A stretch of DNA of 63,295 bases, the filler included, from Aduncisulcus paluster (lineage: Eukaryota): the NCBI GenBank assembly GCA_024181965.1. It is 7 parts of 7 records of this genome, joined end to end, with 100 filler letters (N's around TTAATTAATTAA, not from the genome) between each part and the next. Parts side by side here need not be neighbours in the genome. Positions count along the whole stretch, not along the records: positions 1 to 25,541 come from BQXS01000140.1; 6 more parts are not named here. One strand, given 5' to 3'. The translations under genes and the position numbers were made by a program. Of this stretch, positions 11,169 to 22,782 are shown piece by piece (the first letter of the stretch is position 1; every line of letters starts with the position of its first letter). The notes under the pieces were generated by a model, which had not been told where the DNA came from, ran no database searches, and saw only the letters and a program-made list of their open reading frames with translations.

Positions 11169-14100
11169 TTATTTTTGGAACTTTAACTGATTTGATGTTC
11201 GTTTAATGATTTGGTAAGCAAATGGATGGAATATTCCGAGTTTGTCAAAATTCGAAATCAAATGGCAAGATGAAGGAACAAAACAAGACTCAACAATTCC
11301 ACCACTCGATGTCATCAATTCGTGAATACAACATGTCAAGAAATGAGCAAGATTGCAATCTTCAATGAGGATTGGAGAATAAATATTTTGATACACACCA
11401 TCAACTCCTTCCATAGAATGTTTAATATCGGGATCTTCCTCAATTTTTTGGAGAATTGAACAAATTAATTTGACGTGTTCAATAAAATCACCACGCTCTT
11501 CCCCAATTGATTGAATTAGAGAGGATTTTGAGAGGATACCATCAGATCCTGAAGAAAACAGTCCATTTTCAATCAGTGAACCATATGGACATAGCCATAA
11601 TTCAATGATTTTCCTATGTGGAAAGCCTTCAAGTGATGAGGTTGGAAACAACGGGAAATGGTTTGTCGAAAGATGAACATTAAGGTAAGCATAGTGTAAC
11701 TTCAGGAATTGCGGAATATAATGGAATTTTTTCTTTACGTCTTCATATCTTTTTCTTAATTCCCTCGATCCTTTCCATCTTTTCACGACACAATGATCCC
11801 TAACGAAAGAAACACATTCATTGATCATCGAGAAAGAACAAAATGGCAGAATAGCCGAGAAGATCTTAAGCATGGTAATCACACACATATATTGGAGACC
11901 ATAAAGGGAATTGCTTTTATGTGGACCAAAATAAGAAAACCGATAGGTGTATTTCTTGGAGGGTCTTGGAAATGGATTACAAAGCGATATAGAAAAACGT
12001 GAGAAAAGAGAAGAGAAAAAACATAAAAATTGTTTCAATAAGGGTTGAGGAAAAGAATTAATCTTGAAAAATGAATTCAAGAATAATGGTTCACTCTCAG
12101 AGGATTTTGAGGAATTATCCAGAGCCGGACTTGGAGGAACGATATCAGACGAAGATTCAGAAATAAGAGATTTATCTCCTTCTTCTGGATGTCCTTCTTT
12201 GCTTGAAGACAACAAGTGAGAGTCAATGAATTTGTCAAACTGATGGCGAATAAAATCGAATATCTTATTTGAAAGATCGGTGTTCATTTTAAGAATCCAT
12301 GCATTTACGCATGACAAACAATTCTGTAAGATCTCAAACGTAAGAGAAATATCGTGAGATTGGTACTCTAAAAGAACAATTTCCGGAGATAACATAAGAT
12401 CAAGGCAGGAAAGAGGGTCACATTTGGCAAAAGCATGGCCAAGAAGATTGAAGAATAAGAATTGGAATATCTCTGATGTTTCTTCCACAATCGGTTGCAT
12501 TATTTTTGACTCTGATTTTGTTGAAATTACATGCTCAATATATATTTCAATGGAAGGTCTAAATCGTTGGAAAATCTCTTTCGGAGTCAAATCTTTTCTC
12601 ACAATTTGAAAAGAACCTTCAGAAATTTTGAATTCTCCAACAGAAGTTAGAACAAAAGTCTCCACCATTTTTATCACGTCAAGCATTTTGATCCCCAAAA
12701 TAGATTCTTTTGAGAAATCAATGTATTGGGCACATTGGATAAAGTATGCTACGAGTGATTTGTCATGCCCATAATCCATCATTCTTTTTGGAACATGGAA
12801 ATGATTAATAAAATATACATACACTGGTGAGAAATGAGTAGAACAACAAAACCTTTTAATGTAAGAAAATGCATCATGTCGTTGATGAGTCGTCATGCCA
12901 TCAAACCAAGGAATAAAGCACTTAGACAGGATTTTAACAACATATTTTTCTTTCGCTGGATGTTCGATGAGATATTTGGATTTGCTTGAGTTATATTCAT
13001 CTTTGATAGCAAATTCAACGATGGACACGAAGCCTGAAGTTTGGTCGACATGAGTTAAAACATTGGAATGTTGCTCTAAAAGTGGGAATAAAAGCTTTAC
13101 CGACAGTTCACTTCTATCTTTTGACCCATGCACGAGATGATGGAATATTCGCAGAAGAGTTTCCAATATTTTGGTATAGAAAGCACGAGTTAAGGAGGAC
13201 TCCAAAGGACTTGTGGGGGACAAAAGATGGCATAAATGTTCAACCATATTAACAGTCCATTCGAGGATTGGAGCTGCAGAACTGGATTTGTCAAGACTCT
13301 CAAGTTTAGCAGCAACGTGAAGATGGGGATCCAATTTCAAAAATCGTTGGGGATAAAAGATAATTGCCCCCAACTCTGTGATTTTTGTTCCAAGTTCGAA
13401 AGCCAATAATGAACAGGCATCAACAAAAGAAAGAAAACTAATCATCCCATCCATTTGTCTTTTGTGAGGTATATTGGAGCATTCAAGATACATGCAACTC
13501 TTAGTGTGGGTTATAAATTGAACGCAATGGTTAATAATCGAGGGATCATCTTTCAATGTAAACTTTGACGCCATTGATAAGGATAATTGTGTTGATGAGG
13601 AGTCATTTTCAAGATGGTGAACTTTAAATGCAAGTTCATGCATGAATTTTGACACATAGTAACCCATATCGCTTGTTATATACATCATTACTGAGGGATT
13701 TAATGAGAATTCAGAAATGAGGGGAGGGATGGACAAATGAATGGGGAATCCAAAGTTATATGTGGATCTTGGTAAAGTGTGAAGCGGAGGAGAAATACCG
13801 AAAATCTTTGTGTCCTCAGAATCAGTCGATTCTAATGGCATCTTATCACATTCGTCAAACCAAAGCTGCATTCGATGGGTAAGAATTGAAGTTATCTCAA
13901 TAATATCGGGAAATAATGCAATAATACTCTCCTCAAACGTTGAATGATCAAGCTTATACCTGCAAAAGTTGCACAATGAACTCATGAACATAATATTTAA
14001 CATTGGAGGTGGATTGGAGGGAGAGAAAGCAATTGGCGAATCTGCAGAACATAGAGTTTCTGATATAATACCTAATCTTAGCCTAAATACATGAGCCAAT

Positions 14101-14777
14101 GAACATATTTCATCGACCAAAAAGATAGGATCATGGCAAAGTGATGATTTCAGACTTATTAATAATGCCATGACCTCTTGAATAACGAAATATTCTTCTT
14201 CAACACAACGTAACAATTGATAATGAATTATATCGAATGTTTTTTGTTTCAAATCCAAATGAATGATTGGACAAATTGAAAAATTAAAAAGCATTCGGAA
14301 AAAATAACATTTATAATTTAATGACGAAAAGGACTTCACTCTTTCACAAATATGAGGTAGATATGGTTTTAAACATTTATAAATCTTATCACAAAATTCA
14401 GGATCTTTAGAAAAACATAAACATCGGGATATTACCTGAAATAAAGGTCCAAGAAACAACTCTGACTGAAATATCGGGAATAATCCAATAAAACTGGGAA
14501 TTAACGAAGTAAGACAGAATTTAGACTCGTTTTGAAGATTGAATAAGTTATTTTTCTCCGAAAATATATAACATAATACATCTAACAGTTCAGAAAGGCA
14601 TTCACGATCTGCTTTATCAATCTCTTCTTTTATAGAAAAAATTGAAGATAAAAGGGTTACCATTTCATTTTTATGGGCATTAAAGTATGTTTTGACATCG
14701 ATTTCATTTTCGAACGCATAGATTTCTGTAAGAAATTTATGACATTCTGAACTTTGTGGTTCTGTAAGAAATGACAT
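11169..14777 (-). CDS. Large hypothetical protein (~1,200 aa, Leu/Phe/Ile-rich, probably helical repeat)
   Basis: Uninterrupted ORF 11169..15062. Its first ~95 codons read like AT-rich intergenic DNA, so the start is more likely MSFLTEPQ at 14777. No recognisable motif. Confidence 0.8.
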   Translation of the reverse strand: MSFLTEPQSSECHKFLTEIYAFENEIDVKTYFNAHKNEMVTLLSSIFSIKEEIDKADRECLSELLDVLCYIFSEKNNLFNLQNESKFCLTSLIPSFIGLFPIFQSELFLGPLFQVISRCLCFSKDPEFCDKIYKCLKPYLPHICERVKSFSSLNYKCYFFRMLFNFSICPIIHLDLKQKTFDIIHYQLLRCVEEEYFVIQEVMALLISLKSSLCHDPIFLVDEICSLAHVFRLRLGIISETLCSADSPIAFSPSNPPPMLNIMFMSSLCNFCRYKLDHSTFEESIIALFPDIIEITSILTHRMQLWFDECDKMPLESTDSEDTKIFGISPPLHTLPRSTYNFGFPIHLSIPPLISEFSLNPSVMMYITSDMGYYVSKFMHELAFKVHHLENDSSSTQLSLSMASKFTLKDDPSIINHCVQFITHTKSCMYLECSNIPHKRQMDGMISFLSFVDACSLLAFELGTKITELGAIIFYPQRFLKLDPHLHVAAKLESLDKSSSAAPILEWTVNMVEHLCHLLSPTSPLESSLTRAFYTKILETLLRIFHHLVHGSKDRSELSVKLLFPLLEQHSNVLTHVDQTSGFVSIVEFAIKDEYNSSKSKYLIEHPAKEKYVVKILSKCFIPWFDGMTTHQRHDAFSYIKRFCCSTHFSPVYVYFINHFHVPKRMMDYGHDKSLVAYFIQCAQYIDFSKESILGIKMLDVIKMVETFVLTSVGEFKISEGSFQIVRKDLTPKEIFQRFRPSIEIYIEHVISTKSESKIMQPIVEETSEIFQFLFFNLLGHAFAKCDPLSCLDLMLSPEIVLLEYQSHDISLTFEILQNCLSCVNAWILKMNTDLSNKIFDFIRHQFDKFIDSHLLSSSKEGHPEEGDKSLISESSSDIVPPSPALDNSSKSSESEPLFLNSFFKINSFPQPLLKQFLCFFSSLFSRFSISLCNPFPRPSKKYTYRFSYFGPHKSNSLYGLQYMCVITMLKIFSAILPFCSFSMINECVSFVRDHCVVKRWKGSRELRKRYEDVKKKFHYIPQFLKLHYAYLNVHLSTNHFPLFPTSSLEGFPHRKIIELWLCPYGSLIENGLFSSGSDGILSKSSLIQSIGEERGDFIEHVKLICSILQKIEEDPDIKHSMEGVDGVYQNIYSPILIEDCNLAHFLTCCIHELMTSSGGIVESCFVPSSCHLISNFDKLGIFHPFAYQIIKRTSNQLKFQK

Positions 14778-15106
14778 GATAATTATCTTATTTTGACAAT
14801 ACTTAATAAGTAAAAATAGGGATATATAAATATTGTCGTAGTTGTTTTCTTTGACACTTGATATGGGCAGGAAAATCATTGCTTTTGATAAAATTCCATA
14901 ACTGCTGCTTGAAAGTTCGGAAATATGAAGTAAAAAGCAATCACAAAAAAATAAAATTATGATTTTATTTGCTGTCTGCTTGTGTTTCCATGGTAACCAA
15001 ATAAAGATTATTATGTTCGAAAGAATCATGATATCAATAAATAATTTAATTGAGTATCTCACTTTACCGATGAAAATAAAATTTATATTAATAATAGTGA
15101 AATATT

Positions 15107-17302
15107 TTAGTCGTCCTTATCATTAGGTCTTCCTTTAGCTTTAGGCACCCCATCAAACACGAAATCTTCTTCGTCATCTTCATCTTCAAAATTAGCTCCT
15201 AATAAGGATGATTTATGTGTTGAAGTCACAGAACCCATAGAAGTGCTTGGCAGAGTTGAAGGAGGCATTGAAGATGAGACAGATTTGGAAGCAACAGAGC
15301 CTTGGGGAATTGCCTCTTCCTCTTGATCGCCCAATTGATCCTTGGAAGCAGCTGCATGGAGATCTTCAAGTACGATTTCATCCCTTTTATCCTCATCATC
15401 CACGATTGGAGCATTATTACGGGTTTCTGTTGATGTACGACCAGTTTGCATCATATTGACATAGGTTGGGTCACCAAGACCACCAATGTTCCGCTTGAGA
15501 GTTGCTGAAGGCTTCCAGATGAAGCACATGATAACAATATTGACGTAATACACAAATCCCCAAGCAAGATCCTTCCATTCCCTTGAACGCCAGTTCTTCT
15601 CGATAGACTGACACTCGATAATGAGGTCAATAATGAACCCAGCGACACTAACAACTGCCAGAGCTATCAAAAGCATCTTCAAAGGGTCATAAAGACTCCT
15701 TAGCATGGAACCATAGGTTGAATTCATTCCCTGGATGTGGGTCAAGGTTTTACGAATGGCAATGAATATCAGATAGGCCCACAGGAGCTCAACAATGATA
15801 CACAGAATCTCCATGAGGACGGGAGCAATTCCTACGTTTTGATAAGGAGCAAGATCAGTCAGAGTTTCATTAATAAACTGTAAAAGCAAGAAAATAAGTG
15901 ACATAATTATAAGCTTCTTGCGTTTGTCTTTAGATACCTTCTTTCGAGTGATCCCATAACCACTACAAACCAAGAATAACTCAAGAAGGAAAACGCCTTT
16001 CAGGAGGGCCTCGAGTATCTCATAACAAACAAAGAACCCTGGAACTATCTTTCCAAAGTAATTCCACATCTTAAACGTGATCACACCAGTCAAATAAGCT
16101 GCTGTAGCAATGCTGAGAAGGATGATAAGGCTCACTTGCAACTTGGTGATGAATTTCCTCTGTTTAACAGAAATAACGACGAATACCACCAAAACAACAA
16201 TATACCCAAATAACATAAGACCATCAATGAAGCCAAGGGACCAGAGTTGACCAGGAATAAGACCAAATGGATTCTTGAACACAATATCCACAGTCTCACC
16301 AACAAGAAGGTCACCAGAAAGAGACGATAACATCAAAAGTTGTTCATTAATACTGGCAATAAGAGCTTCATATGATGCTCTATCTGCTTCCTTTTGTTGT
16401 TCAAGAGCAGCAATATTCTCAGCCCATTCATCGCATTGAGTATCTTCTCCTTCTTCAGCCTCATTTTCTTCTTCAGCCTCATTTTCTTCTCCTTCTTCAT
16501 CTCCCTGTGATTCTTCCTCTTCGGTGGTATCAGCCTCGGCAGCCTGACATTGTTCATTGTATTTGGCCTGGCATTGACTAAGGGTGAGAGTATCTTCTCC
16601 ATCTGTGCAAGCCTCCATTTCATCGTAAGTAACGTCAAGATCATCGAGAGAAGCCTGGACATCGGCTTGTTTAGCTTTTAATTCTTCTGATATGGAAACA
16701 ATTTGATCGTCGATAGTAATACATTGATTCACATATAAATAGTAGAATCCAGTTTTAGAGATATTGATTTGAGTCTTTCCATCCTCAAAGAATCGTAAGG
16801 TGTCATGTTGAGACTCGGCGTGAATATTGTCAGCGAAAGTGTAATATACAGGATCGTCAGATTTATCCCCAGATGCAAGAAACTCTGTTACAATCATCAT
16901 TCCAAGGGTATCTTCAGAGCAAGCATTGGCTTCAATAGCTTCGGTTGTACAACATGGAGTGTAGCCGTTCTTCCCTTTAAATAAAACATCATCCTTGTAT
17001 TTTGATTCAAAAACTAAAGCTTCAACATGAGCATAAAGTCCGCTATCAATTAAATCGACGTCAAGAAAAGCTTCTGGGAAAAAGACATCTACATCGAGAT
17101 CAATAAAACTAGAATCGTCTTCTTCTGGGGATATTGGAGAATCTTTAGTTGTAAACATTCCTCCAAAATGATAAATATATGATCCTAGGTCTGTTCCTGA
17201 GGGGGGAACGAATTCGACATTCCGCTCGTCAAATACACTACATTCAACCCAAATCAACAGGGTTATAATAAACAACAATACACCTATTGAAGTTTTTTTC
17301 AT
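15107..17302 (-). CDS. GOST / lung seven-transmembrane receptor family protein (TMEM87/PTM1-like)
   Basis: Signal peptide MKKTSIGVLLFIITLLIW; luminal CCTTEAIEANAC, GFYYLYVNQC and FKNPFGLIPGQL motifs; seven hydrophobic helices ending FIWKPS; acidic tail; extra acidic coiled-coil insert in the luminal domain. Confidence 0.85.
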   Translation of the reverse strand: MKKTSIGVLLFIITLLIWVECSVFDERNVEFVPPSGTDLGSYIYHFGGMFTTKDSPISPEEDDSSFIDLDVDVFFPEAFLDVDLIDSGLYAHVEALVFESKYKDDVLFKGKNGYTPCCTTEAIEANACSEDTLGMMIVTEFLASGDKSDDPVYYTFADNIHAESQHDTLRFFEDGKTQINISKTGFYYLYVNQCITIDDQIVSISEELKAKQADVQASLDDLDVTYDEMEACTDGEDTLTLSQCQAKYNEQCQAAEADTTEEEESQGDEEGEENEAEEENEAEEGEDTQCDEWAENIAALEQQKEADRASYEALIASINEQLLMLSSLSGDLLVGETVDIVFKNPFGLIPGQLWSLGFIDGLMLFGYIVVLVVFVVISVKQRKFITKLQVSLIILLSIATAAYLTGVITFKMWNYFGKIVPGFFVCYEILEALLKGVFLLELFLVCSGYGITRKKVSKDKRKKLIIMSLIFLLLQFINETLTDLAPYQNVGIAPVLMEILCIIVELLWAYLIFIAIRKTLTHIQGMNSTYGSMLRSLYDPLKMLLIALAVVSVAGFIIDLIIECQSIEKNWRSREWKDLAWGFVYYVNIVIMCFIWKPSATLKRNIGGLGDPTYVNMMQTGRTSTETRNNAPIVDDEDKRDEIVLEDLHAAASKDQLGDQEEEAIPQGSVASKSVSSSMPPSTLPSTSMGSVTSTHKSSLLGANFEDEDDEEDFVFDGVPKAKGRPNDKDD

Positions 17303-17654
17303 TAGTGTAGACAAAAGAGAGAAAAAGAGAGCTAGAGACCATATTGGGCTCAGCTCATTCTGACGTCGTTGAATATTGTGAAAAATCTTGGTCCAAAATG
17401 TGTGTAAAAATGATATTACACATCCTGATTATAGCATTTTGGAAAATATTTTTCTTATCATGTCAAAATAACCCAGTGAACGAAGGTGATCTAGTTTCCA
17501 CGCTGATTTTGGCGACAAAATCTTGTTCACAAGTAAAATTGAAATGGTTTAGCTTACAATAAACAAATATTATCCAATTATCATTCATTTTCATATCTTT
17601 CTTTCCGGTTCGATACTCCCTGGAGTTTAAGTCTGAAGGTTTCCTCGCGTAAGA

Positions 17655-20600
17655 ATGACAGAAACATTATCAAGAGATGTATATCAAATAGAAATCGATG
17701 AACATTTATTTATCCGGGAACCCAGTGGGAATTCATTTGGTTTTACACATGTTGGAATCATACCAGAGATACAGAAAGACCCTGTCCAAATGTTATTCTT
17801 ATTATGTGGATATTCAAATAGAACTGAGTTAGAACATCCAATGGTTAAAAAGGTTGTCGTAGAAATGCTTAAATTTGTCGAGAAGTGCCAAGCTGATAAA
17901 TATCCTAATATTATTCCCGTTCTTGGAGTTGTTGAGGCAAAAATCACTTCTAAGACTGGTAAAAAGCCTTATTATGCTCTTGGACTTATTAAATATGAAT
18001 CTGTTGGATTTTTAATTGATGTTATTGCTGCTTGGAAACGAATTGGAGATTATGAGGTTTGTGTTAAGGCCCTTCAGCAGGCAGCAATTTGTTTGTTCGA
18101 TTTTCATCAACAAGATATTATTCATGGTTTTATTGGCCCCCGATCCTTTGTAGTGGTGGAAGAGTTTGGAGGTAAAAAAGAGTTTTCAAAATATTTCCAT
18201 GATGCCAGACACGAAGAGCCAAGTGATACTTTTTGTCTTAGTTCACGTGAATCTGAGGTAGTTTCATCCTCTGAAGATGATGGACCAACATCTACCTGTC
18301 CATTCTTCTATGTGTGTCTTGGCGACTATTTCCCTTCAGCTCTGCGGCATTCAATTATTCAATTACAAATATTTTCAACGTTAGGCCCAAATACTCCGAG
18401 ATTAGTCCCTAATGCTATCATGGATCCCCTGGCAGTAACAGTGTTCTCTTCTCCAGAACAATTGCGTGGTGAAATTGCCTCGAAGCGTAGTGATGTTTAT
18501 TCCTTTGGTATTTTAACTTTTGTTGCAGCCACAGGACATCTTCCTCATCAATACAACCCAGCCGTAAAATCATTAATAGGAGCCGTTTCCCAGGAAGGTA
18601 TACAGCGTGATTATGTCCATCATTTATTCAGATATGCTCACCCTGCTACCATTGATCTTCAACAGCAAAGTCTCTTCGCTGAGATTGGAAAGAACTCAAG
18701 TCAGTTAGCCACCTCATCAAGCCTCGGTCCACTTGTTGCCGGTGAAAGTACTAGAACCGGATCCCACAAGACTCTACATACGGGGGGTGATGGAACACCT
18801 CCCCTTGAGAAGCCTGATCAAGTATCTATTGGAAAGGGAATGGAAGAGACTGATCTTACTGATGATGCTCATCCTCAGCCTGGTCGTACACTTCAAGGTT
18901 CTCTTGATGTTCCCACTCTGAATATTAAAACTATTGCTTCCAAAATAGATGATCCTCCAATCTGTTCTTCAGGATGCAGCGCCTCACGCTCTCTTGCAGA
19001 CTCTGGCCGAATTGGTCAATCACCTTTCCCCGTCTCATATATGTCTCTCACCTCTCCCACGATGTCTTCCCTTTTCTCAGCCTTAAGTTTCTTTGTTCTC
19101 ACCATGTCGTCCTCTAATCACTTCCCTCGTCTCCATATATCCTCATATCATTCACCCCTTGTCCCTGCTCTGGCTAGGATTTATAGCAGCACTGTCAAAC
19201 ACTTCCCTCAGAACCGTGTGTCCACCGAGACATGTGTGGGGATGTTCACGATGACAGACGATGCCAGTCCACGTGTTAGAAGGGCAGAGAACTCATCAAG
19301 TCCCCGTGGAAACTCCCGTCGTGGTGCTGTCCATGAAATGAAACGGATATCAAGCTCTGGCAGTCTTCAACGCATCAAGGTCAAAGCTATCTCGAGTGAA
19401 CACTCGGAAGGCGATGTTACAGACATTTCCAACACTCTTAATGATGTGACTCCCTCAGTCATGACTCCAGTTGAACCCACAGGCCAGGTTGTGACTCCTT
19501 TCTCGACTCCAGAGACTCCTTCGACCCATCCCCATAGAGGGAGCTGTAGCAGTAATAGTAACCCTGACTTGAGCGATGAAGGTACTTCCGATGCACTCAA
19601 ACATAGATCCACTGTCGATAAGGGCGATAATCAACAGATGCCCGATGGGAAAGTGGAGTCAACTTCACGTGTTGATGCTTCCCTTGACCCCACATTGGTG
19701 AAAGGCGTAGAATTACAAGTAGATTCGGCCAGTGTCAATCACGACCGTGAGGAGACAAGTGCAATCGTTACCCCTGCTCTTGTCGATGAGCCAAGAGAGT
19801 TTATTTCGTATGAGAGTGAAGACAGTGACAACGATGGAGATTCTGCAGATATTCGGGTCATTTCAGTTGATACTGATGGGCAACAGGGCGACGGATCTGC
19901 CCAGGTTTCTCTGGTGAAAGATAAAGATGATGATCTTACAATCGATATTCCCGGTGATGAAACAAACATTTCATCGCCCAAGAAGGACACTGCAATTCAC
20001 CCTGAACATCCTTTCGATCAGCAATATCAGGATGGGGATGACCACAAGGACGATGCTCTGTTGCATCCTGCAGAAGGCTCTATTGACATTTCAATTGAGG
20101 ACAGGGATGACATGCATGCGGAGATGCAATTCAGTGATTCAGGAGAAGAGGAAGAAGTTGAAGAAGATGCAGAAGAGGAGGTCGAGGAGACATTGATGGA
20201 AAGGGCTCAGAAACATTGGGCTTTCCTAAGTACAAAACCCATTCACTCCTCCTTGCATCGTGGTGAGCGTCGTATCGATGACCAGGCTTGTGTTATGTTC
20301 AATAGCACGATATATGTTGTTGGAGAGAACGTAGGCTTATCTGCCGGATTATTAGGACAGGATGAATATGAAGAAGAAGAGGAGGAGGAAGAGGATGAGT
20401 ACACGGAGAGCTCAGACATTACCGAAAAGGCGAGACGGTTCTCTATCTATCGCTCCAGCATATCGGATGATCTCTGCAAGCATCAATTCAAGCCTATCCT
20501 TCAGCCTGATGGAGATGACGATGACATTACCTCATCGACAACGCATTTCTCTCAATCGTGTGCTGAGAACCGTTTCTTTGTATCAAAGTTCTTAGCACCA

Positions 20601-22028
20601 AGCAGCAAACTAAAGAAGGCTGTCCCGTCACGTTGTTCCGTAACTAATTCAACAGAGTCTTTTATTTTCTCTGGACTTGACTCTGGTCATATCTTGATGT
20701 ATCCCAATACTCCTTCATATTCGACTGTCCTTTCCCATCTTACTGCTCAAATTGTTATGGCATACGCAACTCAAGACGAGGGAGTTAAGAAGCTTGCTTG
20801 TCCCATGTTCAAGTCTAAATCATGCCATGTCGATGCTAATAATTTCAAGAGTGCTGATATATTCTCGATGGCGTTTCCTTTGGCTCCTTATTTGTCTGTC
20901 CCCGTAAACTATTTCTCCAAAACTTTGCCTACCCTGGATCCAGGGATCTCTGCGGCTGAGCTTCTTTCTCACGCTATTTATAAATCTTATTCACACACTG
21001 GTTTCTTCCCTCGGCCCTCTTTCTTCAAACCGATCGGTCGTAACCGTGTCTCAAGGTATGCCATCACCAGTATGGATGAGAGTGCTGGAGTTCTGGCAAT
21101 TGGTGACAGCCATGGAGTTGTGAATGTATATGGTCTTGATTACAAGGGAAAGTCCGGTTCAACCGGTGATGTTGCCGGTATGACGTCTGGAAGTAGTTCT
21201 TCAGCCTCTGAGGAAGGAGATCTTTTATCCCCCTATGACATGGTTGAGAAAGAAAAGATCACATCTCAGTATAATTATGCCATGTTCAGGGAGAAGATCA
21301 GTGCTTCTGAGGATCGGGAAACGATTGGAATTATTCAGAAGAACTCGATTGCCCCAACGATGATTAAACTCTCTCAAGTGATTCACACCTCAACGGTGTA
21401 TGATCTTTTCCTTGGGCTGAACTTCCTTGTTACATGCTCGAAAGATGGTGTTGTCAGGGGATACAATCGCACAGATTGGGAACAGAGTATGGAGTTTTGT
21501 GGGCATAAGAAGGCTGTGTTGTGCTGTGATCATTATAGGAATTTGCTCATATCTGGGTCTGCTGACCACAAATGCATGCTATGGGATGTTACAAGACAGG
21601 GGATGGGAGGAGACACCGACAGTAATAATGGAGCTGCATTGTCACACACTTCCGAGCATACCCGTTCGATCTTATCCAAACATGAAGCTCGTGTCCGTGA
21701 TGTCTGTTTTGGAAAGGATGGATCCCTCGTTGCTGCCGCCATTGGGGATGGAACTATCAGTATTCGAGACGTTAGAAGATCCGTCAAAGATCCCTTGTTC
21801 AACGAGAGTGTCCACTCCAAGTCTTCAAGTGGGGTTGGATTTGGGTCTAACTTTTTATTCACAAGCGGATACGATGGCCACGTCTGTGTGTTTGATCTTC
21901 GAAGTGCCGCAACTCCAATCAGCAAGGTGAAGGTTACCCCTAATCAAATCTGTTCGATGAAATTGAAGGGAAGGCGTGTGTACTGTACGGATACTGACGG
22001 AGCTCTTAGTCTATTGGAATGGGCTTGA
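17655..22028 (+). CDS. N-terminal pseudokinase, long acidic/Ser-rich linker, C-terminal WD40 repeats
   Basis: Kinase-like IIHGFIGPRSFVV, VCLGDY, SSPEQLRGEIASKRSDVYSFGIL. WD40 motifs LVTCSKDGVVRGY, GHKKAVLC...ISGSADHKCMLWD, LFTSGYDGHVCVFD. Ends with TGA. Confidence 0.88.
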   Translation: MTETLSRDVYQIEIDEHLFIREPSGNSFGFTHVGIIPEIQKDPVQMLFLLCGYSNRTELEHPMVKKVVVEMLKFVEKCQADKYPNIIPVLGVVEAKITSKTGKKPYYALGLIKYESVGFLIDVIAAWKRIGDYEVCVKALQQAAICLFDFHQQDIIHGFIGPRSFVVVEEFGGKKEFSKYFHDARHEEPSDTFCLSSRESEVVSSSEDDGPTSTCPFFYVCLGDYFPSALRHSIIQLQIFSTLGPNTPRLVPNAIMDPLAVTVFSSPEQLRGEIASKRSDVYSFGILTFVAATGHLPHQYNPAVKSLIGAVSQEGIQRDYVHHLFRYAHPATIDLQQQSLFAEIGKNSSQLATSSSLGPLVAGESTRTGSHKTLHTGGDGTPPLEKPDQVSIGKGMEETDLTDDAHPQPGRTLQGSLDVPTLNIKTIASKIDDPPICSSGCSASRSLADSGRIGQSPFPVSYMSLTSPTMSSLFSALSFFVLTMSSSNHFPRLHISSYHSPLVPALARIYSSTVKHFPQNRVSTETCVGMFTMTDDASPRVRRAENSSSPRGNSRRGAVHEMKRISSSGSLQRIKVKAISSEHSEGDVTDISNTLNDVTPSVMTPVEPTGQVVTPFSTPETPSTHPHRGSCSSNSNPDLSDEGTSDALKHRSTVDKGDNQQMPDGKVESTSRVDASLDPTLVKGVELQVDSASVNHDREETSAIVTPALVDEPREFISYESEDSDNDGDSADIRVISVDTDGQQGDGSAQVSLVKDKDDDLTIDIPGDETNISSPKKDTAIHPEHPFDQQYQDGDDHKDDALLHPAEGSIDISIEDRDDMHAEMQFSDSGEEEEVEEDAEEEVEETLMERAQKHWAFLSTKPIHSSLHRGERRIDDQACVMFNSTIYVVGENVGLSAGLLGQDEYEEEEEEEEDEYTESSDITEKARRFSIYRSSISDDLCKHQFKPILQPDGDDDDITSSTTHFSQSCAENRFFVSKFLAPSSKLKKAVPSRCSVTNSTESFIFSGLDSGHILMYPNTPSYSTVLSHLTAQIVMAYATQDEGVKKLACPMFKSKSCHVDANNFKSADIFSMAFPLAPYLSVPVNYFSKTLPTLDPGISAAELLSHAIYKSYSHTGFFPRPSFFKPIGRNRVSRYAITSMDESAGVLAIGDSHGVVNVYGLDYKGKSGSTGDVAGMTSGSSSSASEEGDLLSPYDMVEKEKITSQYNYAMFREKISASEDRETIGIIQKNSIAPTMIKLSQVIHTSTVYDLFLGLNFLVTCSKDGVVRGYNRTDWEQSMEFCGHKKAVLCCDHYRNLLISGSADHKCMLWDVTRQGMGGDTDSNNGAALSHTSEHTRSILSKHEARVRDVCFGKDGSLVAAAIGDGTISIRDVRRSVKDPLFNESVHSKSSSGVGFGSNFLFTSGYDGHVCVFDLRSAATPISKVKVTPNQICSMKLKGRRVYCTDTDGALSLLEWA

Positions 22029-22782
22029 TTGATTATTCTTAGAATAGTATAGATATTGAAAATATCGAAATAGTTATTAAGTGAGTTAAATTACATTTTA
22101 AAAATAGTATAGCTCTCGTCAGTATTATATTATATATTATCGTCTGGTTCAATTTCTTTCTCAACTATCTAAAAATAGAAATTATTAGGTCAACGGTATG
22201 GCGTTAGAAAAACGAAGGGAAAGAAGATGGTGAAAATTATCATTAGATAATTCTTTTATTTTAGTACCATAGCAGGATATAAATTGATTCACATTCATGT
22301 TATTTTATTTTTTTTGGTTTTATTTTTATACATTTTTAAAAAAAAAAAAATCTAATCTTTTACCTAGAATTTTCTTCTCAAACCCTTGCTCTTTTTATTT
22401 CGCCATTTTCAAATCAAATTTCTCTTTTTATCTTTTATTTATTTAATTTTTTTTTTTTCTATTTGGTATATCTTCTCTCATGATCTATTTTTATTTTTTC
22501 TATTATTATTATTATTAAACTTAATGTGACTCTTTTTCACATAATTGAATTGTGTAACGTTTGTATATGTGATTGTACATTGATTTTTGGTTTTTATGAA
22601 AGCAGAGAGATCTAAGGTTTTCCACCCTATAAGGTCGACACAACCAGAGATCCAAAACAAAAATACACAAATATATATATGTGCTTCAAATAAATCGAAA
22701 TGGTGTTGTATTGGTTTTGCCATTTCTCTTCAATCAAATTGTTTTTTTTAAAGGTGTTTTTATTCTGTCATTGGATTTATAT

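Noticed and set aside
14778-15062. N-terminal 95 aa of the 1297-aa ORF
   Set aside because: GTG start and AT-rich, intergenic-like composition; eukaryotic initiation at a downstream ATG is more plausible.
22478-22723. 81-aa minus-strand ORF (MAKPIQHH...)
   Set aside because: Low-complexity AT-rich tail and no motif; it cannot be supported as a gene.
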